Shown here: positions 12,988-25,749 of the stretch, in pieces | Numbering within the stretch: the first letter of the stretch is position 1 | Layout: the number at the start of each line of letters is the position of its first letter | Source of the DNA: Mobula hypostoma | Lineage: Eukaryota | DNA length: 64,000 nt | Reading direction: 5' to 3' | Assembly: GCF_963921235.1 (NCBI RefSeq) | Contig: NC_086118.1 | Span: forward strand, 27,778,001-27,842,000 | The notes under the pieces: generated by a model | Seen by the model: only the letters and a program-made list of their open reading frames with translations | Databases searched by the model: none | Told to the model about the DNA's origin: nothing | Translations under genes and position numbers: made by a program

Positions 12988-13308
12988 CCAACTCTTTAAA
13001 AAATGAAAATCAAAACTGAGCTGCCCAATCAGAACTATGAAATGAAACTAAGGCAGCATTAATACTATTCAAATTAACTGAGCTGATATACTTTTGTCAA
13101 ATATCCACTGTTAACAATGTAAAATTTATTCTGGATTCCCTGGGATAGAATTGTATAATAGAATATGTGATAAAACAGTTCGAGTCATCTTGTTTGAAAT
13201 GTCATAATTTTTAAATTACAAGTTGTCAAGACTATGTATAGTATGGTGAGGCAAATACATACTAATAAGCAAGTTTCTGCTCTGTATGAATAGAATTCCA
13301 TGCTTTCA

Positions 13309-13976
13309 CTTAACCACTTTGGTTTCCTTGGCTGCGTAAGTCGAGGGAAGACATCCTCCGGCCCCGTCAAACTCCGAGATTGAGGCACTCAATCCCACCC
13401 CAAACCCCGGTTTGTGTGGATGCTGTGTCATTTGATACCCTGTTACAAATTAATACCACAAAAATACAGACAGTACACTGCATACGATTAAAGGAATTAT
13501 ATTTATGAATCTTAACTGAAGGGTTAGTGAAGAATAACGAAAGGAAAGGGCCCAGTCTAATGTGCACAATTTGGAGCTCATCTTGAACTTCTCAGTCACT
13601 CACGCGCTGGGCCCTCGGTCAACCTGAAAGCACACACCACCTTCTCAACTTCACTCGCAATCCATCTCGAACAAACGGGTCTCCCACCAGATCGTATGCT
13701 ATGACCAGTTCTCCCCAGTGTCTTCTCTCTTCATCTCCTCTCAAACAAAAGCCCCAAGCCCAACCCTATTGTCCCTCAACAAAAAAAAAACTCCCACTAA
13801 TTGGATGGCACATGTTTCACATCATCTCTTATCTCTTCAACAATAACCCAAGCAAGCTGAAAGCAGAACAGCACAAAATGAAACACATTCAGCATATCAG
13901 TAAAAGATGAAAACCAGCAGCTCGCACGGACTGCTGAAATGAAATATAGTAAAAAAAAATGAACCACAGCATTACA
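13309..13976 (-). mobile_element. Possible solo LTR
   Basis: The minus strand starts TGTAATG and the block is more GC-rich than its flanks; the other terminus is degenerate and no clean TSD is seen. Confidence 0.4.
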
Positions 13977-15499
13977 CTATGATAGAACACTGCTTGCCTT
14001 AGCCCTCCTGTATTGCTTCCATTGGGAGTTAAATTCAGAGAGTATCTTTACATAACATTGTCACAATGTATGTAGGAATATCCTGTTGAAAATAGTAAAT
14101 ATAGAAATTATGATGGGTTTGCATGGAGCAAGTTGACTCACAAGTGATCATAACTCTTGTGACTGATTGCAATGATCTACTAGTTTAGTTAAGTAGATAT
14201 AGTTATTCTTCTAGTCTAGAAGATTTAGCAAATGTACTTAATTTACTTGTTTATGTTTAGTTAATTGACTAGCATATTGTATGAGTCTTTTTCTGTATTT
14301 AGGTCGTCAGTGATGATAATTCAGGCTTAAAACTTCTGTTTTGTTTTAATATTTGGCTCAGTTTTGTGTGGGTGGTTCAATGTTTATTGATGTTCAGCAA
14401 AATCATCTATTTTAGATCATTTAGAAGAAACAACAAAGAGATCCTTCACATGTCAACGAAAGCAAAATTGGTAAATGTAACTATAATTGATTAGTTCATA
14501 CATTATCTTAAATATTTCTTCAACAGCATTCTATCTCATATAATTATAAACACCCTCTGTTTCTAACCCCATTTCCAATTGCAGTTTTATTTTTCTGGGC
14601 TTTGTCGTCATTGTTATGCCACTGACCAGCACATCCCTTCAAACATGCGGGATGGGTCAGTGACCTGCATGAGCTTAGAAATGCCATTCAGTGTCTTCAA
14701 TGTAAAATGAATGAAATTCAAAATTCTGCACAGTTCACATAGATTGCAGGGGTGACGTTTTATCAGTGAAAATAAGTGAAATTTTAAAAAATTCCAGATA
14801 GGCTTTTGGAAATATTTTATGAGTTTTAAATGATTAAACTTAATAAATCAAACCCATGATGATAATGAGGTTCTTATGCCACCATGTTCAAAAATAACAA
14901 AATCTCCCATCTGCCTTTTCCAGCTGTTGCAAGGTATTGTTTAATGCATTTTCTAAATGAACAAAGAAAGTGCGTATGGTTAAAGGTGATATGAATATTG
15001 TACTTTCAATAAAACAAAAAGAATAAGCCAATGTAAGCTAGCAGATGAGAATGTGGGACACACTCCCCTATAAGTCTAAAGGTTATGAGTTCACGTTTCC
15101 ATGGAGATCAGTGCATAAAACTTAGACTGACATTTAGGTAAAGCGATGCTGTTCTGTCTGAAGTCCTCAATTACTGACCAAACACTCATTTGAGTTATGT
15201 CTATATCATTAGATTGTTGTAAAAGGCATCTTGCATGGAAGTTATCTCTGGTTGGTTGTATACAAAGATCACTGAGAGAAAGTTTTATTATTTGTTATGC
15301 TGCTTATGGGAGTTAACTATTCACACATTGGCCTGTTGTGTTGACCACAATATTGATTACATTTCAAGAATAACAGAGCCATATTTTGAAATTCTTTCCA
15401 TTCCCTTCCAAAATACTCCATGAAAGAAAAGGAACAGGTTAGTGATCTGCATAAGAACCAGGGACAATAACACAGCCACAAATAGCAAAATAATGCAGA

Positions 15500-16560
15500 C
15501 ACTGGAAATAGTAACAGAAAATGTTGGACATAAGCAGCAAATCAGTCGAGAGGCTGGTTAGTTCTCTCTCCTGTTGCTGCTTCTTACAGACATGGTCTTA
15601 TGGAGCTCGCCTCACTGGTGAGTCTATCTTACCCTTACCTCACAGGACATCAAATTGTTGAGGAGGATCAGGTGATCTGAGCCTTCACAGTCAGGAAAGT
15701 TAAACGCAGGTGGGAATAGGTGGCAGAAGTTCTGGACAGCATGTGTCATCCAGCACAGTCGAGCCCAGTGTTTAGATTGGGAGGCTACAGTGCACTGCCT
15801 TGATGGGCAAATTGAAGCTCTGTGTTACGTTTCTGAATCAGATGGAAGTACTATGCAAAGCAGATGTCCAATCCATGAGTCATTTTTGAAGCGTGTTGGA
15901 GATCACTCTGTGAGCAGCACATAGAGTAAACTGGAAGGATTCAGATTGATTGCTGCTTCAGCAGGAAGGTGTGTTTGGGGTGCTGTGCACTGGTGGTGGG
16001 AAGGGAGAGAGGGCAATGTCATTCCTCCTCCACTACACATGGGAAGGTACTTGAGTACTGTTGGAGCAGGAAGAGAGCACATTCCCTTCAGAATGCTAGG
16101 TGCATCAGGTAGTGACATAATGTTGGGGAATTTTCAGGAGATGATGCATTGAATGAAGAAGCCGATGAGGTACATAGTAAGGACAAGGATGTATTCTCCT
16201 GTTTCTAGAGGAAAGAGCGGTAACAAGAGGAGAATTATGGGAACGAGAATTGAAGCAGTTGAGGACTCTATCAACTAAAGCGGAGGAGTGTATCCTCAGT
16301 TTAATAAAAAAAGGATTGTGGGAAGCACTGATATCAAAGATAGAATTGACAGGAGAGAAGTAAAGGAAATCGAGAAATTGGAAGAACTAAGTGGAGATGC
16401 TTTAGGAAGCAGGTTTAGAGCAAGAACAACCACTGACTAATATCATTCAGGGGACTTCCGAGCACATCTTATGGCCCTCCAACCATACAAAGGCAACTTT
16501 CAGTTGCTAAGACAAAGAAGACAACGTCAATTGAACCTTTTATTTTGTCAACCTGATCTT
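15500..16560 (-). mobile_element. Highly degraded Penelope-like fragment
   Basis: Patchy similarity to the GIY-YIG region at 48100-48800 (e.g. reverse complement TGAAGCAGC..TCCTTCCAGTTTACTCTATG; GGGAGGCTAC). Confidence 0.4.
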
Positions 16561-17182
16561 GTTCTGTGGATATATTTGACTCATGTTAATTCCCACACCT
16601 TCCTCTCTCTCTGTTATCACCTCCTTGTCACAGCACACACTGAGATATTTGCTGTCCTCTGGTTCCAGCATGTTGAGCATTCTTCGTTTTAATCATTGCA
16701 ATATAGACAACTTTATTAACAGCAAAGCCCTAAACACTGACATTCTCTCTATAATCCTTCATACCTCCATATTGGGCATTCCTCCTTAGAGGCACTCATT
16801 AAAATCTACTTATTTCGTGTAAGTATTCCACCCCAATTAGCTGGTGTCAAATTCTATTTGATAATATTTCCTTGAAATGCCTTCGGATACCTTACTAAGT
16901 AATGGACAATATATAAAATCATATTGGTGTTGAATGCTTTGGAATCATAATCATTCAATGTCCCTTATTGTTTGGGCTATGTCATATACTTTTCTTATAC
17001 AATTAACATATGTGGTCAATAAATGTTTTAAAAACTCATTTAGTTTATCATGTGTAGCACACCAGGGCTCCATCCAGATTATGGTTCAAGACAATGCATA
17101 ATTTTATAACCCTTTGGAGATTTGAAGCTACTTCATTATTTGCCACCTTACATTTTTATGGCTATTATATGAGTTCACCACT

Positions 17183-17358
17183 CTACTCTAACTCGACCTC
17201 GTAAAAAAAAAACTGGAGAGGAAATAGGCTACGCCAGGTTTCAGATGCCCAAGACATGCCGTACGATGAGCATACCAAAAAGCCTGTCATGACGGCACCC
17301 CAACGACTCCACCAGGAGTTAAGGGCGGGCGCGCACACACACACACACACACACACAC
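17183..17358 (+). mobile_element. SINE 3' half with (CA)n tail
   Basis: TCGACCTCGTAAAA is the reverse complement of TTTTACGAGGTCGA in the SINE at ~2868-2881; ends in a CA microsatellite. Confidence 0.55.
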
Positions 17359-19139
17359 TCTTCTCTGCTTCTATAAACGTAGAATGATTACAAGTGTCCT
17401 TGTTATTGGGCAAGTTCACAACCAGTCAAATTCAGATATACAGTTTTCTATGTTATTACTTCCTGAGTACGTGGAAGAATTTGCATGGTCTAATGACACA
17501 CAGATTTTGACTATGAACTTCCCAATTGCAAAATCGAGTTGCGTGTTGTTAATACCTCACTTGTGTACAACCTAGAAGAAACTCTGTGTCATCTTCACTT
17601 GTGTAATATGAATTTGACTCAAGGGCAGCTGAATTGAGTCATGGCAATGCAACTAACACCGCATATTAATCACACATGATAAAACTGGCATTTAGCAGTA
17701 GAAAGAACATTCCATTCCCCTCACGTTTGTTGACCAAAAGGGCAGATATGTGGATACATGAATTGTAATTACTCTGTCATTTTTTTTCCTTAGGGTAGCT
17801 GGAATAGGAATTATATTGCTTTAGTCGGTTTTTTTAAGGTTCACATAGACAATCAATCTGTCTGAGGGGCACTAATGATTTTTGTTTTTTTTAATGATAC
17901 ATAGTTAGATCATTGAAATTTGGTCTTTGAAGGTGTAAATGCTAGAAGGTGCTAATAACATCACTTCTGTTCAGAATTCAATTAAACAACAGCAAGCCTG
18001 TAACAGAGAAGGGCCTTTGACTTGAAAAATTAGCTCTCTCTCTTCAAGTGGACAGGAACAGCACCCCATTTACATGTTCAGTGAAGATCTCTTTCTGAAA
18101 CACTTTATGTGCAGGGTCCCTTAATTCATTTTTAATCGAGTTTCACCACTGTGCAGACCTTGCGCTCATGTTCATTTCGAATACCCAGTTACCAGTACAA
18201 CCATATTTAGAAGTGAAAAGGCTGTAGCTGAATCATTAGGACATAAGATCCAACTTGCAGGATCTTTCTAAAGACTGGGCCAATTGTCTCCAGCAGCTTA
18301 ATGTGTTCTGGACAGCTTGGCCTTCTTGAGTTTTGTTCTGTTTCTTGTGACATTAATCATTTAACTCTCCAGGCTAACTACTTATGATTAACTATTCTTT
18401 AATGAAATTTGACAACTTTCCTTAACATAAATGCACAGCACATCTTGTAACTAGCTAAACCTGCCAACAGCCATTTGGCAAATAATGCATGACTAGCGCT
18501 GAATGGAATTGCTTACCATTGAAGTCCACTCAGTTTCACATTCATCAATGATCCAATAGCTTCCTGACATCTGCAGCTTCTTCCTCATTTCCAACTAGTT
18601 ACCTGAAATCAGCAGATAAAGATTAATAACAATAAACTGTCAAGCAGCGTTCCAACATACTGACTCAGTGATGCGTGAACATTGGCAGGATTAATCAGCA
18701 TATTGGTTGTCAGACCTTTCCCGAATGGACACAAGTCAACATCAGGAGATTGTCAGACAACTTGGCATGATGTGAAAGGTATATGAACACTTTCATAGAT
18801 CAGTACTATTGGCTAGAGGTTCAGTGCACAGACAGACCCTTCAAAATTTCCAAGTGGAAGGAGGGCAAGAAGCGAAAAAAATTAAAAATGACATAGCATC
18901 CTTCTGGTCTGTCTTTGATTATTTCCAAACCAAGAATACAGTGCTTATTGTGTGTTGTGTTGTCTTGGGGCTTGGTGCAATTATTGCTTTGGAAATTTCC
19001 TTGGGGTACGTGGATGGAGCGGGGAGGGTGCTTCCATTCCATCCCAGCTGTATCAATGTTAATTTATTTAATGCATTAGCCTATATATGGTAATGTAGAA
19101 AAAAATCATTGTCTTGCTTTTGACGTTTTTTTAAAGAAA

Positions 19140-19320
19140 ACTGCAGACACTCTAAGTCTGAAATGAAAATAGAAAATACTGGAAACACACACGAAGTGCT
19201 GGAGAAACTCAGCAGATCAGGCAACATCCACAAAATCCAAAAAAAATGCACACACAATGCTGGAGGAACCCAGCAGGTCTAGCAGAAATCCAGAGCAAAT
19301 ACTGGAACAACCAGCAAGTC
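19140..19320 (-). repeat. Tandem stack of Penelope-like terminal fragments
   Basis: Four variants of (A)ATGCTGGA..AACTCAGCAG follow one another. Confidence 0.65.
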
Positions 19321-20131
19321 ACCCCTTCTCTTACTGGGAAGGATAAACTCCAAGTTCCACACAATGCTGCATGATGGGTTGGAGTGGAAATCCTTTATTG
19401 TATGCAGACATCTGCGTTCTATGTCCAATTGTCCCTTTGAAGTCTTTATCTACATTATTAGCTGCAGAAATTGAATGTGATCTTGCCCTCTGTGGACATG
19501 ATACCTCAGCCGTTCTTCCATCATGCTAGCTACAGACAGCACCCCTACTTACTCACCAAAAACAGACCTCCCACTTACAAGACATTCTACTCTGTATGAA
19601 GTGCAATGTCTAGGATACAAGAGAAAAAAATGACATTGACATTGATGATAGTGCAAAGCCGTAGGATAATTTCTACTATCAGGACATCCTTGGCGTTTGG
19701 CTACTGAGACTCACACCAGTTACTGCTTCCTGCCAATGCCATTTGTTATACATTGTTCTGTTCCCCACCAGTGTACGTCTTCTCTTCTCCTCACAAGCTC
19801 ATCCATGCTGTTCCTCGAGTAGCAACTGGAAACCAGGGAGCTCACTCCCAACGGCGACCTGTTATCACCTATGAATAGTCTACCAGCTGTGGAGTAATAT
19901 TTACCTGAATTTTTTGCAGCCACAAATCTATTCACCTTTAATAGGAAGAGAATTTTGAAATGAACAAGCTGAAAGTAATGAATAGTTTTTCTTTCTTTCT
20001 CTGGGTATGATGTCCAGAGGGCCTTATTCCACTGAGAAGTATCAACTTTGGTTCCACAAAATGCATTTTTATCCTCAATGCCTTTGGAAGTGTTAATGGT
20101 AAATTTGTTGTTGGACCAAATAATATTTATT

Positions 20132-20309
20132 CACAACACGCTGAAGGAGCTCAGCAGGTCGGGCAGCACCCGTGGAAAAGATCTGTTGACGTTCCGGCCC
20201 GAAACGTCGACAGATCTTTTCCACGGATGCTGCCCGACCTGCTGAGCTCCTCCAGCGTGTTGTGAGTATTGCTTTGACCCCAGCATCTGCAGATTATTTT
20301 GTGTTTACG
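20132..20309 (+). mobile_element. 178-bp Penelope-derived hairpin mini-element
   Basis: Near-perfect inverted repeat 20131-20265 centred on GACGTTCCGGCCCGAAACGTC; perfect 14-bp TSD AAATAATATTTATT at 20118-20131 and 20310-20323. Confidence 0.92.
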
Positions 20310-20505
20310 AAATAATATTTATTGACTGTACAAAATGCTGATAGTTATAGATCAGTACTATCCAATATGTGATATTGGTCAAAATGTCAAAAGGAGTGCC
20401 AATCACTGGGGAAGATACAGAATTAATTCAGGGAGAAGATGTCAAAAGGATAAAGGTGGTATATGCAAAGAGTATGGGGTTCTTGGGATTGTGGGAGGGA
20501 GGGAT

Positions 20506-20815
20506 GCCTGGTAAAGGAAGACATTGAAATAAAATTAGAGGAAAAGAATTTAATAAAGACAAAGGTCTTGTTCTAAGTAAGAACTGGAATTCAATTGTAA
20601 ACAAGGTGGGAGAACAGAAACTTGATCAGATGAGGACTAACCAATCTGGAGGGATAGATTACAGGGGTATAAATACCACCGGACTAGACATATCCAGGCA
20701 TCATCCCTGAAGAAGACGGCAGAGTTTATCATCAAAACATTGGCTATAATTGATACTTGTACCCAGCTGGAAGCCTGACAAATTTATACAGCGGGACAGC
20801 ACGAGATCCTTTTTC
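20506..20815 (+). mobile_element. 3' end of a second Penelope-like family with a degenerate hammerhead
   Basis: Frameshifted LVKEDIEIKLEEKN/NKDKGLVLSKNWNS resembles a PLE endonuclease C-terminus; TATAAATA at ~20668; CTGAAGA-A-stem-AAAACATT at 20707-20741. Confidence 0.65.
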
Positions 20816-21354
20816 AAGATTTATGCTCTTTATACATAGGAATAGACTCTTTAACGTCATCACTGGGAATGAGTAATCTTAACATTATCGAGACATGAAA
20901 ATAATAGTGTATGGCTGTAATACTTACGGTTAAAACAAAGCCTCCAAGGAAATGACGGATAAAAGTATTCTCCTGTACAGATAGCGACAATTTTCTCTGA
21001 GGACAGTCAAAGTCAAAATTAAAGAAAATTACATGGAACTACAATAGAATCAGAAGTTACATTTACAATTAAAGCTGTGCAAGTAGGCTGGAGTATCATG
21101 TAATACTAATGCATGATATTTTGTAACGCCTTACATCCTCTAATCTCCTGATGAAAAGTGATGCATGCAGTAGGAAGTATTGCAATTTTTTAATCTGTTT
21201 TCATTTAGGATGAAAGGCTTACAAAGGCTTTCTTCTTTTGGAATTCAAAGAAACTAATGTTAGGTAATACCATGTTTTATGTCAGAGGGTGATTATTCAA
21301 AACAGCTATAACTATTTCAGTGAATGGAAATTGCAACATGAAATAAAGGAGTAA

Positions 21355-21452
21355 CATACACAAAATGCTGGAGGAATTCAGCAAGTCAGACAGCGCCTAT
21401 GGAAAGAAATAAAGAGTTGATATTTCCGGTCGAGATCTTTTATCAGGACTGG
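21355..21452 (-). mobile_element. Penelope-like 3' terminus with a degenerate hammerhead
   Basis: The reverse complement reads AGTCCTGATAAAAGATCTCGACCGGAAATATCAACT plus the family tail. Confidence 0.7.
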
Positions 21453-21809
21453 ACCACTCCAGTTTTTCTGGTAAATCAAGAGCAAGAAAGGAGTTATCAC
21501 AGAGGTTCGTGAGTGAGATTTTAAAAGGGAGCGTCCGTGGGCTTTTGGCATTTTTCTGGAGAATTGGGAGTGGGAGCGGAGGCAACTCACAGATTATTGA
21601 GTAAGATTTAAAAAAGGAGCATTTGAGGTCATTTGGTGATTTCCAGCAGCCCAATCAAATAGTGATTTAGTAACAAGGTCAAATTAAAAATAAGGTAGGG
21701 ACAAGCAGAGTGGCCATTGTATGAGTGGAGCAATACTAGAGTGGGGAAGCTTTGGTTCATCAGGCTTTGGCGAGAACATGCTTGAGTGAGGTACGTATCT
21801 AGTATGCAG

Positions 21810-21889
21810 ACATATCTGGTACACTTGGAGGCACATTGCAAGATAGGCCAAAATCAGCATGATTTCCTGAAGGGAAAATCTTGCCCAAA
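21810..21889 (+). mobile_element. Old CR1 RT fragment (probable left part of 28716-29912)
   Basis: Translates HLEAHCKIGQNQHDFLKGKSC. Confidence 0.65.
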
Positions 21890-21920
21890 CATAAGATATA
21901 GGAACAGAATTAGGCTAATT

Positions 21921-24829
21921 CTGAAGCAGAATAAACGGTGTAAAGACAGTAAGGTAGAAGGGCTGAAGTGTGTGTACCTCAATGCAAGAAGCATCAGGAA
22001 CAAAGGTGATGAACTGAGAGCTTGGATACATACATGGAATTATGATGTAGTGGCCATTACAGAGACTTGGCTGGCACCAGGGTAGGAATGAATTCTCAAT
22101 ATTCCTGGATTTCAGTGCTTTAAAAGGGATAGAGAGCGCAGAAAAAGGGGAGGAGGGGTGGTATTACTGGTCAGGAATACTATTACAGCTACAGAAAGGG
22201 TGGGTAATGTAGCAGGATCCTCTTTTGAGTCAGTATAGGTGGAAGTCAGGAACAGGAAGGGAGCAGTTACTCTATTGGGGGTATTCTATAGGCCCCCTGG
22301 TAGCAGCAGAGATACAGAGGAGCAGATTGGGAGGCAGATTTTTGAAAGGTGCAAAAATAACAGGGTTGTTATCATGGGTGACTTTAACTTCCCTAATATT
22401 GATTGGCACCTGATTAGTTCCAAGGGTTTAGATGGGGCAGAGTTCATTAAGTGTGTCCAGGACGGATTCCTGTCACAGTATGTTGACAGGCTGACCAGGG
22501 GGAATGCCATACTAGATCTAGTACTTGGTAATGAACCGGGTCAGGTCACAGATCTCTCAGTGGGTGAGCATCTGGGGGACAGTGACCACCGCTCCCTGGC
22601 CTTTAGCATTATCATGGAAAAGGATAGAATCAGAGAGGACAGGAAAATTTTTAATTGCGGAAAGGCAAATTATGAGGCTATAAGGCTAGAACTTGCGGGT
22701 GTGAATTGGGATGATGTTTTTGCAGGGAAACGTACTATGGACATGTGGTCGATGTTTAGAGATCTCTTGCGGGATGTCAGGGATAAATCTGTCCCGGTGA
22801 GGAAGATAAAGAATGGTAGGGTGAAGGAACCATGAGTGACAAGTGAGGTGGAAAATCTAGTCATGTGGAAGAAGGCAGCATACATGAGGTTTAGGAAGCA
22901 GGGATCAGATGGGTCTATTGTGAAATATAGGGAAGCAAGAAAGGAGCTTAAGAAGGGGCTGAGAAGAGCAAGAAGGTGGCATGAGAAGGCCTTGGTGAGT
23001 AGGGTAAAGGAAAACCCCAAGGCATTCTTCAATTATGTGAAGAAAAAAAGGATGACAGGAGTGAAGGTAGGACCGATTAGAGATAAAGGTGGGAAGATGT
23101 GCCTGGAGGCTGTGGAAGTGAGCTAGGTCCTCAATGAATACTTCTCTTCGGTATTCACCAATGAAAGGGAACTTGACGATGGTGAGGACAATATGAGTGA
23201 GGTTGATGTTCTGAAGCATGCTGATATTAAGGGAGAGGAGGTTTTGGAGTTGTTAAAGTACATTAGGACGGATAAGTCCCCGGGGCCTGACGGAATATTC
23301 CCCAGGCTGCTCCACGAGGCGAGGGAAGAGATTGCTGAGCCTCTTGCTAGGATCTTTATGTCCTCGTTGTCCATGGGAATGGTACCAGAGGATTGGAGGG
23401 AGGCGAATGTTGTTTCCTTGTTCAAAAATGGTCGTAGGGATACTCCGGGTAATTATAGACCAGTGAGCCTTATGTCTGTCGTGGGAAAGCTGTTGGAAAA
23501 GATTCTTAGAGATAGAATCTCTGGGCATTTAGAGAATCATGGTCTGATCAGGGACAGTCAGCATGGCCTTGTGAAGGGCAGATCGTGTCTAACAAGCTGG
23601 ATAGAGTTCTTTGAGGAGGTGACCAGGCATATAGTTGAGGGTAGTGCAGTGGATGTGATCTATATGGATTTTAGTAAGGCATTTGACAGGGTTCCACACG
23701 GTAGGGTTGTTCAGAAAGTCAGAAGGCATGGGATCCAGGAAGTTTGGCCAGGTGGATTCAGAATTGGCTTGCCTGCAGAAGGCAGAGGGTCATGGTGGAG
23801 GGAGTACATTCAGATTGGAGGATTGTGACTAGTGGTGTTCCACAAGGATCTGTTCTGGGACCTCTACTTTTCGTGATTTTTATTAACGACCTGGGTGTGG
23901 GGGTAGAAGGGTGGGTTGGCAAGTTTGCAGACGACACAAAGGTTGGTGGTGTTGTAGATAGTGTAGAGGATTGTCAAAGATTGCAGAGAGACATTGATAG
24001 GATGCAGAAGTGGGCTGAGAAGTGACAGATGGAGTTCAACCCGAAGAAGTGTGAGGTGGTACACTTCAGAAGGACAAACTCCAAGGCAGAGTACAAAGTA
24101 AATGGCAGGATACTTGGTAGTGTGGAGGAGCAGAGGGAACTGGGGGTACATGTCCACAGATCCCTCAAAGTTGCCTCACAGGTGGATAGGGTAGTTAAGA
24201 AAGCTTATGGGGTGTTAGCTTTCATAAGTCGAGGGATAGAGTTTAAGAGTCGCGATGTAATGATGCAGCTCTATAAAACTCTGGTTTGGCCACACTTGGA
24301 GTACTGTGTCCAGTTCTGGTCGCCTCAATATAGGAAGGATGTGGAAGCATTGGAAAGGGTACAGAGGAGATTTATCAGGATGCTGCCTGGTTTAGAGAGT
24401 ATGGATTATGATCAGAGATTAAGGGAGTTAGGTCTCTACTCTTTGGAGAGAAGGAGGATGAGAGGAGACATGATAGAGGTGTACAAGATAATAAGAGGAA
24501 TAGATAGAGTGGACAGCCAACACCTCTTCCCCAGGGCACCACTGATCAGTACAAGAGGACATGGCTTTAAGGTAAGGGGTGGGAAGTTCAAGGGGGATAT
24601 TAGAGAAAGGTTTTTTACTCAGAGAGTGGTTGGTGCGTGGAATGCACTGCCTGAGTCAGTGGTGGAGGCAGATACACTGGTGAAGTTTAAGAGACTACTA
24701 GACAGGTATATGGAGGAATTTAAGGTGGGGGCTTATATGGGAGGCAGGATTTGAGGGTCGGTACAACATTGTGGGCTGAAGGGCCTGTACTGTGCTATAC
24801 TATTCTATGTTCTATGTTCTATGTTCTAT
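21921..24829 (+). mobile_element. Young CR1 LINE copy 2 (near-complete ORF2: APE endonuclease + RT, disrupted)
   Basis: YLNARSIRNK..AITETWL, GVFYRPP, MGDFNFP, GDSDH, then the RT motifs. Stops at 22833, 23124 and 24023, frameshift at ~23740; (TTCTATG)n tail. Confidence 0.96.
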
Positions 24830-25745
24830 GTCTGCTCTGCCATTTCAGCATGGCTGTTCCCATTTTGCTCTCAGTCCCAGTCTCTTGCCTGCTCCATGTA
24901 ACCCTTCATGCACTGACCAATCAAGAATCTATCAACCTCTGCCTTAAATATATTTAAAGACTTGGCCTTCACAGCTGCCTGTGGCAAAGAATTCCATAGA
25001 TTCACCATTCTCTGGCTAAAGAAATTTCTCCTCATCTCCGTTCTAAAAGGACACCCCTCCATTCCGTGGCTGTGTCCTCTGGACTTAGACTCTCCCACCA
25101 GAAGAAACATCTTTTCTATATCCACTCTATCAAGGCCTTCCACCATTCAATAGATTTAAATTATGTCATCCCTCATTCTTCTAAATTCAAGTGGCTATAA
25201 GCCCAGAGCCATCAGATGCTAAGCCTTTCAATCATTTTTGTGAACCTCCTTTAACCCCCTACAATGTCAGCACATCCTTTCTAAGTGAGGGGCCCAAAAC
25301 TGCTCTCAATACTCCAAGTGAGGCCTCACCAGTGCTTTATAAAGTCTCAACATTACATACTTGCTTTCATGTCCTAGTCTTCTTAAAATGAATGCTAACA
25401 TTGCATTTATCTTCCTCATCACAGCCTCAAACTGCAAATTAACCTTTTGAGAATCCGACACAAGCTCTTCCAAGTCCCTTTGTGCCTCAGACTTTTGTAT
25501 TTTCTCTCAATTTAAAAATAATCAACCCTTTCATTTCTTTTACCAAAATGCATGAGCATACACTTCCTGACACTGTATTCCATCTGCCACTTTTTTGCCC
25601 ATTCTCCTAATCTGTCTAAGTCCTTTTGCAACCTCTCTTCTTCCTCAAAACTTCACCTATCTTCATATCGTCTGCAAACTTTATAACAAAGTCATCAATT
25701 CTATCATCCAAGTCACTGACAAATGACATAAAAAGAATCGGTCCA
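24830..25745 (-). mobile_element. Older CR1 3' fragment; its extreme 3' end is displaced to 21890-21920
   Basis: ORF 24871-25146 reads GLDRVDIEKMF..FRTEMRRNFFSQRMVNLWNSLP. Confidence 0.85.
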
Positions 25746-25749
25746 GCCG

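Noticed and set aside
19140..19320. CRISPR-like repeat-spacer array
   Set aside because: The units are degenerate and irregular, match Penelope termini, and occur in a eukaryotic context with no cas genes.
9028..24829. Segmental duplication explaining the two similar CR1 copies
   Set aside because: Similarity stops at the element boundaries and the flanks differ (Tc1 versus an older CR1), so these are separate insertions.
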